Source: Ruditapes philippinarum (lineage: Eukaryota). From it: DNA of 64,000 nucleotides. Below are positions 1 through 14,368 of this stretch, piece after piece. A model generated the notes under the pieces. It did not search any database. It saw only the letters and a list, made by a program, of their open reading frames with translations, and was not told the DNA's origin. The stretch lies in assembly GCF_026571515.1 (NCBI RefSeq), contig NW_026858977.1, positions 124,001 through 188,000 of the forward strand, given 5' to 3'. Position 1 is the first letter of the stretch; each line of letters opens with the position of its first letter. The translations under genes and the position numbers were made by a program.

Positions 1-1017
1 ATTTAGATGTTTTCAACCTATCCCCATATTCGTTCCACAATGTAAAAACTGACTTAATTATCTGTGTCAACCTTTAATATCAGTGATTATTAAAATTATC
101 ATATTCTCCTAGAATATTGTATTACCACATCTGCCTTAAAACGTGATCAGTATTTATAAAGGGAGATAACAAACATATCAATTTACTTTTTTTTCCAATT
201 AAACAATGCAGTCATATAAAAACACCAGCTTCATCATAATTTCGAAAAAAAAATTCTACTGAATTTTCCATAAATGAATTGATTTTATAAAATGAATAAA
301 AGTTGTAACTTAAATTCAAAACCAAATTATCCTTTTTATTTATAAAGATAAAAATGTTAAAAAATAAAATTTTGCATGCAAATTTACTTTTTAAAATCTC
401 AATAAGTAAATAACACCTAGGACAAGTAAAATTCCTTAAAAAGTATTGTTGTTAAGATAACAAAGTTATTTATAGAACAAAGGTACAGATTAAAAAATTC
501 ACTTTGACTGTTTGAAAGAAGATAATAAAAATTATCATTTATAGAATTATAAATTGTTGACACTTAGATCACAAACACAACTTCAATGATATTCCAGTAA
601 CATTTTGTTTTATACATGTATACTAAATTCTTCATATTAGTTAATTGTTATTATGAGAAACCAGTTAATAGTAACTAACATCGACAATTTGTAGGATAAG
701 TAGCTGTTGTTGTTAATTTCTTGTCTAAAATCTCATTACAGAAAATGATATACTTTGATATACATGTAAATCATCTTTAACTATAATATTTAAGGTCAAG
801 ACCTGGGTCAAAGGTCAGTAAGGATCTGAAAGTAAAGACCCATTAATACAATGTATAAGCGATTCTTACTATATATATTTTAGACTACAAGACACACTTT
901 GCGTATTAGATGTAGATATGCCAAGTACCTGTATGAAAACTTGGGATTTAATGTTATTCTAAATAAATGAGAACAAAAAGTGAAAAACACCTATCTTAAC
1001 ATTGAGTTATATTATTA

Positions 1018-1154
1018 GTTATAAAGATCGTTGACAGGTTATATTGCCATATATAAACGGCTTTTTGTAAATATAACCCGAGCCGTTAGGCGAGGGTTAT
1101 ATAGCAAACAGCCATTTATATACGACCATATAACCTGTCAACGATCTTTATAAC
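1018..1154. mobile_element. Foldback/palindromic non-autonomous element downstream of the SPSB stop codon
   Basis: Inverted arms GTTATAAAGATCGTTGACAGGTTATAT / ATATAACCTGTCAACGATCTTTATAAC around a central CCCGAGCCGTTAGGCGAGGG. Confidence 0.65.
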
Positions 1155-1300
1155 GAATTTATAATACAGCAAGCATCATTTTTAGAGACACAAATGTAGA
1201 TTTCTTCATGAATCGGTAGCAGCCATGTATATAAAACTATATAAATCTCACGATTATCCAATGAAAAATGATGTTACAAACGTGCAGTATTATAATATAC

Positions 1301-1409
1301 TCTCTAACTGGTGTATGTCAACTGTCTGAGCTGGTTCTCTAACTGGTGTTTGTCAACTGTCTGAGCTGGTTAACTCTCTAACTGGTGTATGTCAACTGTC
1401 TGAGCTGGT
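1301..1409. repeat. Tandem repeat, 3 x 35 bp (TCTCTAACTGGTGTATGTCAACTGTCTGAGCTGGT)
   Basis: Units at 1301-1335, 1336-1370 and 1375-1409. Confidence 0.9.
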
Positions 1410-1688
1410 TAATATTTATTATACTGGCAGGTATCTAATTGTAGACATATGAAATCTAAATGCATTTAGTGTATTGTATTTCAAACTGACAAAGTTAAAA
1501 AGAAATTACTTCAGAAAACTGGTATAGAAAATGCTGTTGACAGATACAGTATAAGTGAATCACAAGCACTAAGTACTACATTATTATAAGATAAGCCGGC
1601 GTGGATGTGACATGTTCTCTGAGAGATGACGACTGTATGTATAGTTGATGACGGATGAACACACGCTCTAAGGTGGCTTAACGATACA

Positions 1689-3812
1689 CTAAGATTGATA
1701 TAACAGGTAGTTTTTCACTGAAGTTGGCAATGGTAAACGATGAATTTCTTGGAGACGATTTTTACCAAGATGTTGACGTATAACACGACGGCAGATATCT
1801 GTCAGAGGTAGAGGCTCAGCTGAAACAGAAAATTCTTATTGAGTAAAATTTTCAGAGAGTATACAGATTATCATATGATTACGAGCTGAAATCTTAGTAT
1901 GATTTTATTTGAGAGGTGGCATGACAAAACCAACATGGTGCGTTTACAACCAGCATGGATCCAGACCAGTCTGAACATCTCCGCATTCTTATCAGGATCC
2001 ATGCTGTTTACTATCAGTTTCTCTACTTGTAATAGAGTTTGGAAGCAACCCGCATGGATTCTGATCAGACTGCGCGGATGGGAAAGCTGGTCTGGATCAA
2101 TGCTGGCCGCAAATGTTGGGTTTAGTCATGGCGTGGCTCAATTATATATATAAAATTCAAGTTTTTACTGACAGACCATACAGTACTGGGTCTTTTTTTT
2201 CTATGAGTATCTAAATTATAATAACCTTGTTTGCCTTTCTTTTGATAATCAATGGACAGAAATTCACAGTGAAGCATAACTTCTTGCACCCTTAATCATC
2301 ATTGTATTATATAAAATACAGTATATTAAGACAATGTTTTACCTTTTAAAAATGTTTAAAAAATCACAAAGACACAATCGTATGTCACATAGCTATTTTA
2401 AGACAAAACTGTCAAAGGATATTATATTTAACTTTTAAGACAATAATTGGTCCTTGGTTAGAACACCTACCTTTAAGTTCAATAAGCTACCTGAGTAACT
2501 GTTAAGACATATATCTACAAATTTGTTCATATCTAGAAAATTGAATAAGGCCTAACAAGCTGGGGTATCGAGACATGATGTTTTTAACCGAAAAGCGCAT
2601 GACAAAATTAAGGCTCCCACGTTTACAATTTTTTGTAAACGTTTACACGACTGCTAAGAACCGAAACGACACCGTTTAAACCATGGTACCTCTATGTACT
2701 ATACACACCATGTATTTAAGTCGCCAAATGATGTCTTTCTTTATATTTTTAATTCATGTACAAATAAAGAATGTGCAAGGCTCATCACGATTGAGTCAGC
2801 ACACATTTTTTGCATTGTAACCCCATTTTTTGCCAAAAATGTATTATGTCACGAGCAATTTTGCACGGTAATGCTGTGTGGAGGGTTGTAAACATCCATT
2901 TTCCGTTTGTTTACTTTGGAATAAAGCACTAGAATTGATAAAATTCTTGATTACAGGCAATGATTAAGAAATTTTGTAAGACAATATGGTCATTTCGATT
3001 AAACGGTAAACAATATCGTAAACGTTTATGAATGAAAATCGAAACGAATCCGTTTAAACGTGTAATCGTGGGGGCCTTAGACAAAATACATGAATAGCAT
3101 ACTTACGATCAAGACCCCCTATATATCGCATGGTGATTTCACAATGTCCCCATACTGCACTAACTATTGGGTAGAGCTTTTTGCCCTTCATTCCTCTAAA
3201 TGCCACACCCAAATATTGTCCGTCTACCACAAAACTCAATGTACCTTCATCCATATCTAATACCGTAAGGAAACTATCTGGTACTACAAAGTTTTCATCA
3301 GAGTTCAGTAAGGTAGGGTATGTGACACCCGGAAAGTTTTTCACGTCATGGTACAATTTGTTACGCCCAAGATCCCACCCCCATGAATCACTGTTACTGC
3401 CGACTAGAGATTGATAACCTACACAATGTAAAGGAGCGTCAATTGTCGCCACGCCGACTACAGCGTGTGTTCCACGTTGCCGTGTACTCCAGTTTATTTC
3501 CCATACATGTAAACCTCGTGTGTAACCTACTTTACCCCTTATACAATCAGTACTTTGAGCTACAGGATGTCTATGAAATGTCATTTTATCATCGTCTTTT
3601 ACAAATATATTTAATGATCTATCATCCGCGTTCCAACCATGTTCACTTTGTTGCTCTTTAGAAACTGGCGGCATGTCTAATAACATATCCAGTCTTGCTG
3701 GCTTTTGATAATCTGGATTGTAGGCTATTTCACGATTGATCCCCTTACAATGACTGGGTTCTCTAGAGGTGACGGTCTTGATTCCACCTGATACTTTTTG
3801 CCCCATGTTCAT
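1689..3812 (-). CDS. SPSB1: SPRY domain-containing SOCS box protein (SPSB1/4, gustavus-like), 2 coding exons: 3812-3107 and 1819-1689, about 278 aa
   Basis: Starts [14 protein letters not shown]; SPRY domain ([26 protein letters not shown]...[13 protein letters not shown]). The GTAAGT donor at 3106 joins the CAG acceptor at 1820-1822 in phase 1, giving a SOCS box [19 protein letters not shown]...[15 protein letters not shown]. An upstream acceptor at 3970-3972 implies non-coding 5' exon(s). Confidence 0.95.
1907..2143. mobile_element. Degenerate MITE-like element in the SPSB intron
   Basis: Imperfect terminal inverted repeats (TTGAG...GCATGACAAAACCAACAT / ATGTTGGGTTTAGTCATGGCGTGGCTCAA) and internal inverted CAGCATGGATCCAGACCAG / CTGGTCTGGATCAATGCTG. 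Confidence 0.6.
2611..3077. mobile_element. MITE (PIF/Harbinger- or Kolobok-like ends) in the SPSB intron
   Basis: TIRs AGGCTCCCACG / CGTGGGGGCCT flanked by TTA/TAG, with subterminal GTAAACGTTTA and CCGTTTAAAC motifs at both ends. Confidence 0.6.
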
Positions 3813-6800
3813 TCTCTGTATTTCTGGCTCTTTCACAATGAACAGGGAATAATAATCAAATATTAAACTAAGTATGAGTGAGTCTTGGTACTGTTTTATA
3901 TCACTCCTGTCTATTCAACCCTCACTGTACCTCACAACTCGTCACAGTTGTTGATAACACTATCTTAACCTGAATAAAAAACAGAACCATTTAATCATTA
4001 TTCCTAGGTTACTATAACATAAAATAATTTTGTTAAATTCAAAACTTCTGCAAAAATGACAATAAATAGATTGCTGCCATAACAACAAAAACTATTTTAG
4101 TTAAGATATCTACATATCAAAGAATAATGGAGTATAACTGAAATAAATATATGGCTTTGGTTTGTAATCTGACATCTAATTTTTTCTGTATTTAATTTTT
4201 TTTAAATGTGGTAAATTCGATAATTATCTAAGTCCAAAAAGGGCCACATTCTGTCAAAACACATGTTAGACTAATGGGCCTTGGACTTTATCCTCTCCAA
4301 TAAGTGTGAGAAGTTTCAACCAACTGCCTTCAGTTGTAGGAAATACCAACTTGCACACAAAAACTTAACCAAAGTATGATGGTGATGCCAACACTGCAGG
4401 AGTAGAAAAGCTCTCATTATTCAGTGTTTATTCTAGGAGGGGGGATGGGGGGATTCACCCCTATTTTTGAGAATTCACTCTTATTTATTATTCCTTGAAG
4501 AATAAGAAATGTCATGTCTTATGAAATATTTTTATAATATATATCAACAGTCAGTAAAATTATACTGGTTCCAAAATATAATGGTCAATCCTGCAAAGAG
4601 TTGTAGCATAGACTGACTCTGTTATTTAACACCCATCAATATTGTACATAAACATAATTGTTCTGAAACAAAATATTTTTTTGTTAATTCAAACAGAGTT
4701 TTATCCATTTAGCATGATTCCATGCATGCCCCAGACATTTCTACAATATTTATTTCATACATCGTGCATTTTGTTACTAAGTATTTTTCTTTTACAATAA
4801 TTTTTACAGAAGATAGCACACATACCACCTTCACCTCGGAGGTAGGGACATGGGCCTTAGACGCTACACTTCATCTTGAAGAAACAAGTTAATTTTAAAT
4901 TCTTCAATTCATGCCAAAGTTACAATACGGAATGTGTACCTTTAAACTCTTCTTGTGAGAATGAGTACCTTCAAACTAAAAGAGTGACCTTGGCCTTTGA
5001 GGTAGAGACATGGGCCTTGGACATGACATGCATTATAATCTCTCAATCAGGATCATGGTCGAAATATCAGGATTTATTTAAAAATCCCATCAAGATATAA
5101 CATTAGTATGTAATTGAATTTGGGGCTGAAACATCCATTTGCATCATTTACTATCATCCTTCAGTTCCTTCTTAATCTATATATTTATACAAAAAGATAC
5201 TGTATATATACCAAAAATGGGCTAGACTTTAGAATATGTCTGCGTCTATTTTTAACATACATTTTACATAAATTCATTTCTTCAATATTTAACAGTTTAT
5301 GTTTCTCTAAAATCAGTCAAATTACTTCTAAGATTACGGTTTAATAAGGTCAGTGTTATGGGTTAGGAGTTTGGGTTAGAGGGTTAGGATTATAAAACAC
5401 GTATTTTACTGTGTACAGATTCTAGAAGTGCTCCCAGAAATGTTCTTCTTGACTTCATAAGTCCATAAATACTATTTTGGTATCACAGCATTCAAATTGT
5501 CAGTAAAATGTACTAGATATGAATTTATCTGATAATACCAATGGGAATAAATTTCCTTCATTAATGTCAACAATAACAGAATGTTTACAATTTAAATTCA
5601 TAGTCAATTTATAAGCATTTTTAATGAGTTACACCTTAGAACTTAGAAGAAAAGAAACAATTTAATCAACAAATAATGTAGAGAAACCCCAAACTTTCCA
5701 TTTACATAACTAAACAAAATGATAAACATTACCTTCCACACTCAGCACATGGTCACTAATCATGACTGATGATAATAATTGAACAAGAAAATGAATCACT
5801 CAAGGATTATTAACACAATGAAAATTCACAATTAAAACAAAACAGCGCTTTTGAAAATGACTTTCAGATACAAAAAGTGACAGAAAATAAAAAATATCAT
5901 AACAAACACATTATTTATGGTTCTCTTAATTGAAAGATGAAGCCGTTTATCTTAAAAATCTAGCTAAGTCCCTTTGTTTTACTTTGTGTACATGACAACT
6001 TCCGGTTGGCATCTGGCTATGGAAAAATGACAAATAATTTTTCGCGATAAAAATTGCCAGTAACTGTGCATTTTCTACTTACTTTATTATTTTTGTCCAA
6101 TACTTCAGATATTCTTCTTGGAAAATAACTTCATTTTTCTCCTGAAATACATCTTTGTAGAGAGAATTCGTTCTTTGTTTTCAACAAATTTCGTCCCCAC
6201 CACACGCAGACAAAACCAATATGGCGTCCATGTAACCGATCGATAATTTCCGTTATTTGTCGTTTGTTTCCGTGAAACTTCGTAGATCTTTGCATAACGT
6301 TTGTGAAAGAGACAGGTGTTGCCTTGCGTGTTTTTAACCGCTAGGTAGGCTTAATCCCTAATTTGTGGCTATTTCCTTTGTCACCTTTGTTTTGACCACT
6401 TTGACAAAAGATGCGTGAGAAAAAAAGTAGATTCTAACAGCAACCATACGCGTGTATATATGTGCTATACTGAGATGTAAAGTGATGCAGATAAAAAAAA
6501 GGCCGTCAATTAATAATATAACGCATGTATTTGCCCTGGCTTCAGCTTTCATCTTATGTTTTGTCAATATATACATATAAACTATTAGATATTACAATTT
6601 CTAACAAAAAATATGTAATTAATTAAATGGACATTTAATGATTTAAAATTTATTTTAATATATTTTGATGCTGACGTACGTAGTGCTTCTACGGTGTTTT
6701 ATTTAAAACAATATAGACATAACTTTTTATTACACCTGTTAAAATAGATTACATGTAATTCTTGTGAATGATAAAGATTTTTATTTCAATCAAGTCGACA

Positions 6801-9800
6801 TTTAGTTATTCCAATTTGTTTGTCAACGGTTTACTTTTTGGCCTTCATTTTGGATCCGTGGTAATGGTAATTTTTTTATTGCTCGTCATCATGTTTCAGG
6901 TCATTTTTGTCCAACACCCTGGCCCATGTGGATTGTTTTTTTTTTCTCAATAAGTTTAATTGCATTATGTTGACTTAGTATTTTGTTTTTGGTAAATATT
7001 TATAATAATTAATACTTTATTTCTGAAGTTATTAGTCTATAAATCTATAGTTTATTAATGTTGACCGAATTTAATTTGCAGATATAATTCGAGATCATTC
7101 ATTTACCTAATAAAATATTATTATTTAAATTTCTGGCTTGGTTTTCACTTTGTTAAAAACTTAATTAACAATAATTTAATTGTTTTCTATCATTAATATA
7201 TTGCTCTCCGGAGATCGCCACTTTCCAGACTTAAAGTTGTGGCAGCTTGTAAAAAGGTAGCCCTGTATTTCATCTCACTGTTGTTACATATTTCTGGTCC
7301 TTCGAGATCACTGATTTCAAAACTGTAAGTTTTAAGGATTGAACAACAATGAAGCCGGTATTGGGGAGTTTTTGAATTTTCTCTCAATAAAACCGACTAT
7401 GATTTTCAGTTATTTGTTTTTGCTGTCATTTCCCACAAAGGATATCCCCTTTGCAAAATTTTCTTAACAGAACATCTAGATTACGCCCCAAGTGAAACAA
7501 AACACAAACAAACTAGGTATGATATGAGTATTAAACTATTTCTAATCGTACACACTTAAATAAAAAAAATCGAACGTATACTATTATATACAAAGGCCCT
7601 ACTGATATTTGGAGTGATAAAATGTTAGAGCTGATCATGAGCAGGATCATTCAAATATTTAAGAGACCATGAGTTGAGAGATGTAAACCACGTGCTAATT
7701 AACTCACACTGATTAATGTGTATTCACAACCCATAAAAAGAACTTTTAATATTAATATATGCATCAAATCCGCCGCATATATGTCACTACATATAATTAG
7801 CCATACAAGAGGAATAGTTAAAACAAATGAGGTTATAACGAAGAGAACATATCGTCGTCCTACTACTATTATTTATTATTGAAAATCGACAGTTTGGGGA
7901 GCATTAGTAAATCAATTAAACATTTCCTTATTTGCATAATTTCCTTCCTAATTTCAGTTATGTTACAAATTTGGAAATCCGAGCTTCTTTTTCTCTCTGA
8001 TACCATCTCGTAGCATCCAAAGGCTAAGCCGAAGATCTATATGTAGTCCAACTGAAATTCCAAAAAACCTTCTGAAGAAAGGAGAACTAGACCAATACCC
8101 TTTAATTGAAATAGATGATGATAAGAAATAATATAGAGTCGTACCTGTGAAAGTGATACAATTTCATTGTGGAGAACAATTAATAAGATAAGATCAAACA
8201 TTTCATGGGAACACCTTACAGATCAGGACTGCGACATCTGTTCCAGACTACACATTCAGCATACAGTTTTACTACTTTAAAGTAGCGTGCAATTCTTAAT
8301 CCTTAATTATTTGAGATGTTTTCAGTTCCTTTAATTATGTCTAGAAAAGCTGGTTTTACATCAAACGGTAATTAAGTGTTGTGTAAGAAATAACATAAGT
8401 TTATTGCAGTACTTATTAAGTACTAACTAATATGTACTCACTAATATGTACCCGACTTGCGAATACCCGGATACTTGTCTATGTCATAGTACACTTTCTA
8501 AAATGTTCTTAATGATTGTTGTGATATCAAGAAAAGACAACTTTTTGAAGTTATTTCATACTATAGTGATTGTGTTACCTCCCTTCATTTTTAACATTAT
8601 ACTATAATACTTTGAATCCATAAAATAATTTGAAAAAAAAAACAACATCCTTACTGGGACGTAGTGAACGTATAATGAGGCAAACACATTTTTTGGAAAT
8701 TTGACTGAATACGTTGCCGTGAAGAATCGATCGAAGCACCAGGGTGGCCATCCCACGTGATCTGTGACTTCAGGAATGATATGGAGTTGGATGGCGGAAT
8801 ACATAAATCAACCGATACTTACACATTTTCCAAGCTAGGTTTCTTATTTTAAAAAGAATTTTCAAAACGAATCGAAGATATGCAACTCTTTCACCGGAAC
8901 AATAGTTTCAATCTCAAAAAGGTGTATTTTGTCCGCGGTTTTGAAATACTGGTATTTTCAAGGGAAAATCGTGATCTGGTGTGAGCGCAGTCTCGATTTA
9001 TGTCATTTAATTGATTTAATTGGCCATCTCTTGGCATTTTTGTTTAGATTTCGATGTTACATAACTAATATAATTTACTGAAATTACGTTTACAATACTC
9101 TGATCGGAACAGAAATGGTTAATGATTTGGAGTTAACAATACTTTGATCGGAACAGAAATTAATGGTTCATGATTTGGAGTGAATCTCGAAATTTTATGA
9201 TTTGGCGTAAAACAGTTTGAAGCAATTCTGGGCCTTATGCCAATACTTTTGGGCAGTTGGTTGACAAAATCTACGATATTTCATCTAATGTGAAATCTAG
9301 CACTTTTATGTCTTCACAAAGTCGTCTTGCATCTACACGTTATGATAGAATTTCCACCAAATTCGATTTTCTGCGATGGGAAAAGATAATCATTTCCAGT
9401 TTAACGGGTCTTTGTTTGACAAAAATGCTATATGTTACATTTTGTGTATTTTATCATTTTTAGTTTGTGACAAATCCTAATGATATGATATAAATGTAAT
9501 ACAGAATCTCGCATTCATTGCCATGAATTATAAAACGCTGCTTAACGAGTTGAAGAACTCGCCAAAGGGTCGCTTTAATTTATAAGGAAAATGATAAAAC
9601 TTGTTATTATATGGCTACGTTTGTGAGGTTCTTTTTATCACATAACTAAACATATTACAATAAATGAAAATCAATTTGTTTCGATGTTTTTTTTTATCGC
9701 GCTTCTGTACGCCAATGTTATCCTGCCCGTTTGCAATATAATGAAATGCATAATTGTAATGCATGAGTATGACCATCAGAATTTGGGAATGAGAAATTTA

Positions 9801-10930
9801 GAAAAATAGGAAATTTAAACAAGCGCAGGAATTTAAAAGGATTCATGATGAAAGAGAATCATGATTGAAATAAACTGATGATAAGAGAGAATCTTTATTC
9901 TACATTTTTAGCTATCTAACACTGAAATTGAGTTCTTCACTTTAATTCGGGCACAGATAACACAACATTCAAATACACGTGTACTTGATTATAGGGCAGT
10001 AGGTTTCTAGAGATTAATACGTGTATAAAGAGCTATAACATATTTGTTACGTAAAGTAAACATAAATGCATTTCCTTCAATTATCACTACTAGATATCTT
10101 TATCATTTAATTCCTTGTATTAATTTGAGGCTATTTGTAATATTAGCCAGAAAAGTTTAAATCGACTTTCAAACGTACATCATACAAAAGATACAATTAA
10201 TCATTTATAGATCGACGCGTACCTGCATCGAGGTGAGCTTTAATATGTCAAGGAAATCAAAGTTGAGAAAAATGCACTAAGATTTAATTTAAAAGTAAAA
10301 GTAAAAAGATTCAAGATTCGATTAATAATTTATATGCTACTGATTTTGAGGAATAAATTACGACATTTCTACTGCCTTACTAACGGGGTAATGTTTGCAT
10401 ATTTTGCATAGTTCTTTCTTGGTAAATTACATGGATTGTAAGCGCCATTTGTTTCCTTTGTTCACTTCACAATATTTTACTTTTAAATACCTTTTCAAAA
10501 TTTTCATGAAAATTAGCTTTTATCTGGAGGCATGCCGCATGCTGCTTTAACCAGTTTCCCCACATATGCCCAGTTGACCTATTTATAGATATACATTAGG
10601 TTCAAAGGTTTAACAATAATAAAACAGTTTCTGCTATATTGAATTTGAAAAACAAGAGAACAGGAAAAATAATATTCTTTTACTATTGTTAACTGATTTA
10701 ATTTAATCAAATCGGCCTTAAATACGGCCCAAATACATTTGCCCGACATGCACCTGCCTTGTCGGACGATTTATCCAACTTTATCCATATCTTTCGTTAG
10801 CCCATTTTAAATAGAAAGGTTAAACTGAATACTTTTATAGAACGATATCTCAAGGAATACGCATTGTGTTTTCTTCACTGCAAAAGATTGTCTCTCAGGG
10901 TTTACGTACATCTATAATTCAAGAATCATC

Positions 10931-13900
10931 ATGGCCAAAAGTCTTTCCGACAGCTATATAAAGGTTAAAACAGAAGAGGAAAAGGTGGATTTTCTTACTA
11001 TTGTTGACTGTTTGAGACATTATTCAAGTATTCAGGGTGATATAGAGGCTGTTGTCTTTGCATCTACGGATGGTACCAGGCAGGCTGTTACATGGAGAGA
11101 GTTGTACAATAATTCAATAAGTGTGGCGAAGTCGTTTATTCGTCTTGGTGTGAGGGAAATGGAGGTTGTTGCTATAAACATACGGAATTGTCCGGAATGG
11201 CTTTACGCAAATTTTGGAGCTATAATTGCCAGATCAATTCCAATCAGCGTATCGTTTACGTACGTCGACGGAAGTGACCTTGTAGCGTTGATGGAAAAAT
11301 TGCAGACTTGTTCACTACTGGTCATGGATCCAGGTCTGCTAAATGTCAATTGGGATATCATCACAAGAATCATAGACACATACAGAGAAAATGGTACTGT
11401 AAAAAGTGTGCAAATCCCATACCTTCGATATTTGATAGGCGTTTCGTTTGATGATGTTGACGCACACGTTTTGAAATTTGATGACCTTATTAAAGATATC
11501 AATTCGGACATAGTTCTTCCAAGTTTAAGCTCAAAAGACACGGTATCGCTTTTCCAAACATCCGGAAGTACTGGAGTACCAAAAGTAGTGGCTCATACAC
11601 ACGAAAGCTTTTTAATAGGTATCACAGCGAAACTTGTTGAGCACATGGACCCAAAATATAAACAATTCAACGATCGCCCATTTGCATGGCTTGGTGGATA
11701 TCCTTTATCAGTTATCACAGGGCAAACAAGGGTCACGATTTCTGGATTTTGCAAACCTCCAGAAGACAGAGTTTCATTTATGATAGATGTGATTGAACGA
11801 GAGAGATGTTCATCAGTATTTGCACTGCCTCCTTTGATGCATGAGCTAATTAAACGACAGGTAAAATTTAAACTAATATTTCTAAATTTGAAAAAAAAAT
11901 CTAAGTTTGATAGCTAAGAAAAACAATGTGTTGTTAAACACTTTATGGTCTTTCTTAACACTTCTAGCGTTCCCAATTACATTCTACTTAAACCAATTCA
12001 AGGGACATAAGTGATGTTAGTTGAACAACGTTTGCCTTGCACCAGTCTGGCGGGGTCTATGCGGACATTACTATCCCAAATATAAATGTAAAGTCATATT
12101 TGACGCCTGTAACTTCATATAAGCTAGACTGTTGACTTCTAATCGTTAGAAATCATTATCTGCTATGATATTTTTAATCTGAAAAGTAATATTTGCTGAG
12201 ATCTGATGCTCAGATGACAAACTGTGTTACATTATCCAGTGCAGTAATGAACAGGAAATCACTGGGGAGGTAGGGTAATCAAACACAGTTTCCGATGTCC
12301 ACGTATACGTTAGTGTTTATTAAATAAACTTTTAGCAATTAAGAACAAAACAGAAAGCGACCGATTGTAAGCGACCGTTGGTTCTCTATTTTAATATAAT
12401 TGTTAAAATTTTCACTTAATAAAAACTAAGTTACTTAGAGTTTAACTTTATTTGACCACACTGGAACGCCTCCAGCCTGTAAAAAGTTGATTATAAATAC
12501 ATTGGGCGAAGTTAAGGAACATATTTCATTTATCAATTATGTCTATCAATGTATGAATGGCAAACGTAAATCTGGTGGCTGAGTGCACATTATTTACATC
12601 GTATACCACTTAATTTCTTCAACGTTGCAATCTTCTGAAAAGTACCCTTACGTGAATGATTTTTGTGTTTGTGAGATATCAACCATAGATCTTCTATGCT
12701 GAAAGTTGAGGACACTTCTTTGTGATAAAAATGCAAAACCCCCCAAAGAATGTGAAAAGATGAGGGATCACTCTTTCTTTAGATATTTTTTTATCCTATG
12801 TATGTGCCTAACACTAACAGCTAGTGTGCAATACTAAGACAATTATTTAAATAACAATCATCATCCATTTGTGATTTACATATGTTAGTTCAAAATGAAA
12901 AACACATGTTTGGCATGGTGGCTGATTTGGAACGCTTTTGTGTGTCGTGTTGTCGCTAGCGACAGCACGACAAAGCGCCAAACGGCGATTTGTCATACCT
13001 CTGTCTTGTTGTCCTGTCGCTAATGATGCATGCCAAACAACGTGGTGTCGTGCGGCGTGTTGTCGTGATATCACATTGTCGCTTGGCTCAAATGGAAGGA
13101 TTGACTTATAAGCCAAGCGACAGGGAAACATTACGACAACACGCCGTTTGAGTGCTTCGCTAGCGACAGGACGACAGTGCGACATTGCGCGTTTCCCTAG
13201 TGACATGGACGAAAAGGCGATAACGTTGTAGGTTGTGTTTTCGCTATCGACAACGTAACGCGCAAAGTGTACCAAATCAGCCATAATAGTTTGGGCCTGT
13301 CTATATTTTCTCTATAGCAGTATAAACAAAACGACCCCACCATAAAATAATAATAAATAAGTGACAAAATTTGCTCTCTGTACAATTAAAAAGGGAATTT
13401 TTGGAGTGATTTTATTGGTCGGCAAATGATGTTGAACACTAAATGGGATAATCCCATTGTCATACATCTTGCAATTATGTTAGTTCATTTAAAATGTTTT
13501 AGTATCGTCTTATTTAAGTATTGTGCATGGCTAGATTATCTGACTTTGGTGTTTATATGCTTGGTTTGTTTATCAAGGCATCTGAAACTTTGCTGTATTT
13601 CTTCCACAGAATGATCTACCCTCGGATTGGCCGGTGACAATTATCATGAGTGGCGGTCAGCCTATGACGAAGAGTACCGTTTCTTGCGTTGGGAAGTGTT
13701 GTAAATGTCTTCTTTGCATGTACGGTAGTACAGAGTTCGTCTGCCTGGCGAAAAATTTGGTCACAGACCCCGAAGACTTCACAGAATACTCATGTGGAAA
13801 ACCAATACAGTATCCTGGATTGGAAATAAAAATTGTCAATGGCGATGGAAATATTGTTCCGGTCAATGAAAGAGGCGAAATATATTGCCGTTCACCTGTA

Positions 13901-14368
13901 ATGTTCAAAGAATATTTCAACGACCCAGTAAAAACCAAGGCCTTTAAATCGGATGATGGATGGTTCAGAACTGATGATATAGGCAGATTAACCAAATGTG
14001 GAGAACTTTTTGTTGAAGGTCGGAAGTCCAACATGATACTTTCAGGTGGATTTAACGTAGCTCCTGAAATTCTGGAACAAGTGATGAAGAATTTCCCCGG
14101 TGTTGAGTCTATAGTAATCGTACCTGTCCCTGACGATATTTACTTCCAGGTATTGTGCGCATGCGTTGTGAAGAAAGCAGGAAATGACGTTACAGAAGAA
14201 GAGCTGCGAAAAGTTTGCTCTAATTACCATGCCGACAAGCCAGGGTTATTCACAGTCCTTCCAAAATTTTATTTGTTCTTTGAAAAATTTCCAGAAACAA
14301 GCACTGGAAAGCTGAATCGAAGAGAGCTTGAAAAGATTGCAGCTCAGCGTTTCAAATCTACGTCGTAG
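10931..14368 (+). CDS. Acyl-CoA synthetase (ANL adenylate-forming superfamily, ACSF2/FadD-like) copy 1; exons 10931-11860 and 13610-14368, 562 aa
   Basis: P-loop QTSGSTGVPK, YGSTE, WFRTDDIG, GRKSNMILSGG and C-terminal PETSTGK lysine motif; phase-0 CAG|GTAAA ... ACAG|AATGAT intron. Confidence 0.92.
12919..13283. mobile_element. MITE inserted in the intron of ACS copy 1
   Basis: TIRs TGGCTGATTTGG / CCAAATCAGCCA with internal TGTCG/CGACA inverted motifs; absent from the homologous intron of copy 2 (about 20000-20020). Confidence 0.7.

Noticed and set aside
3054-3836. SPSB as a single 260-aa ORF starting at GTG 3836
   Set aside because: The true start is most likely the ATG at 3812 (or 3806), and the SOCS box is on a second exon at 1819-1689.
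12847-13284. 145-aa minus-strand ORF in the ACS copy 1 intron
   Set aside because: Coincides with a GC-richer MITE, has no recognisable domain, and is absent from the paralogous intron.
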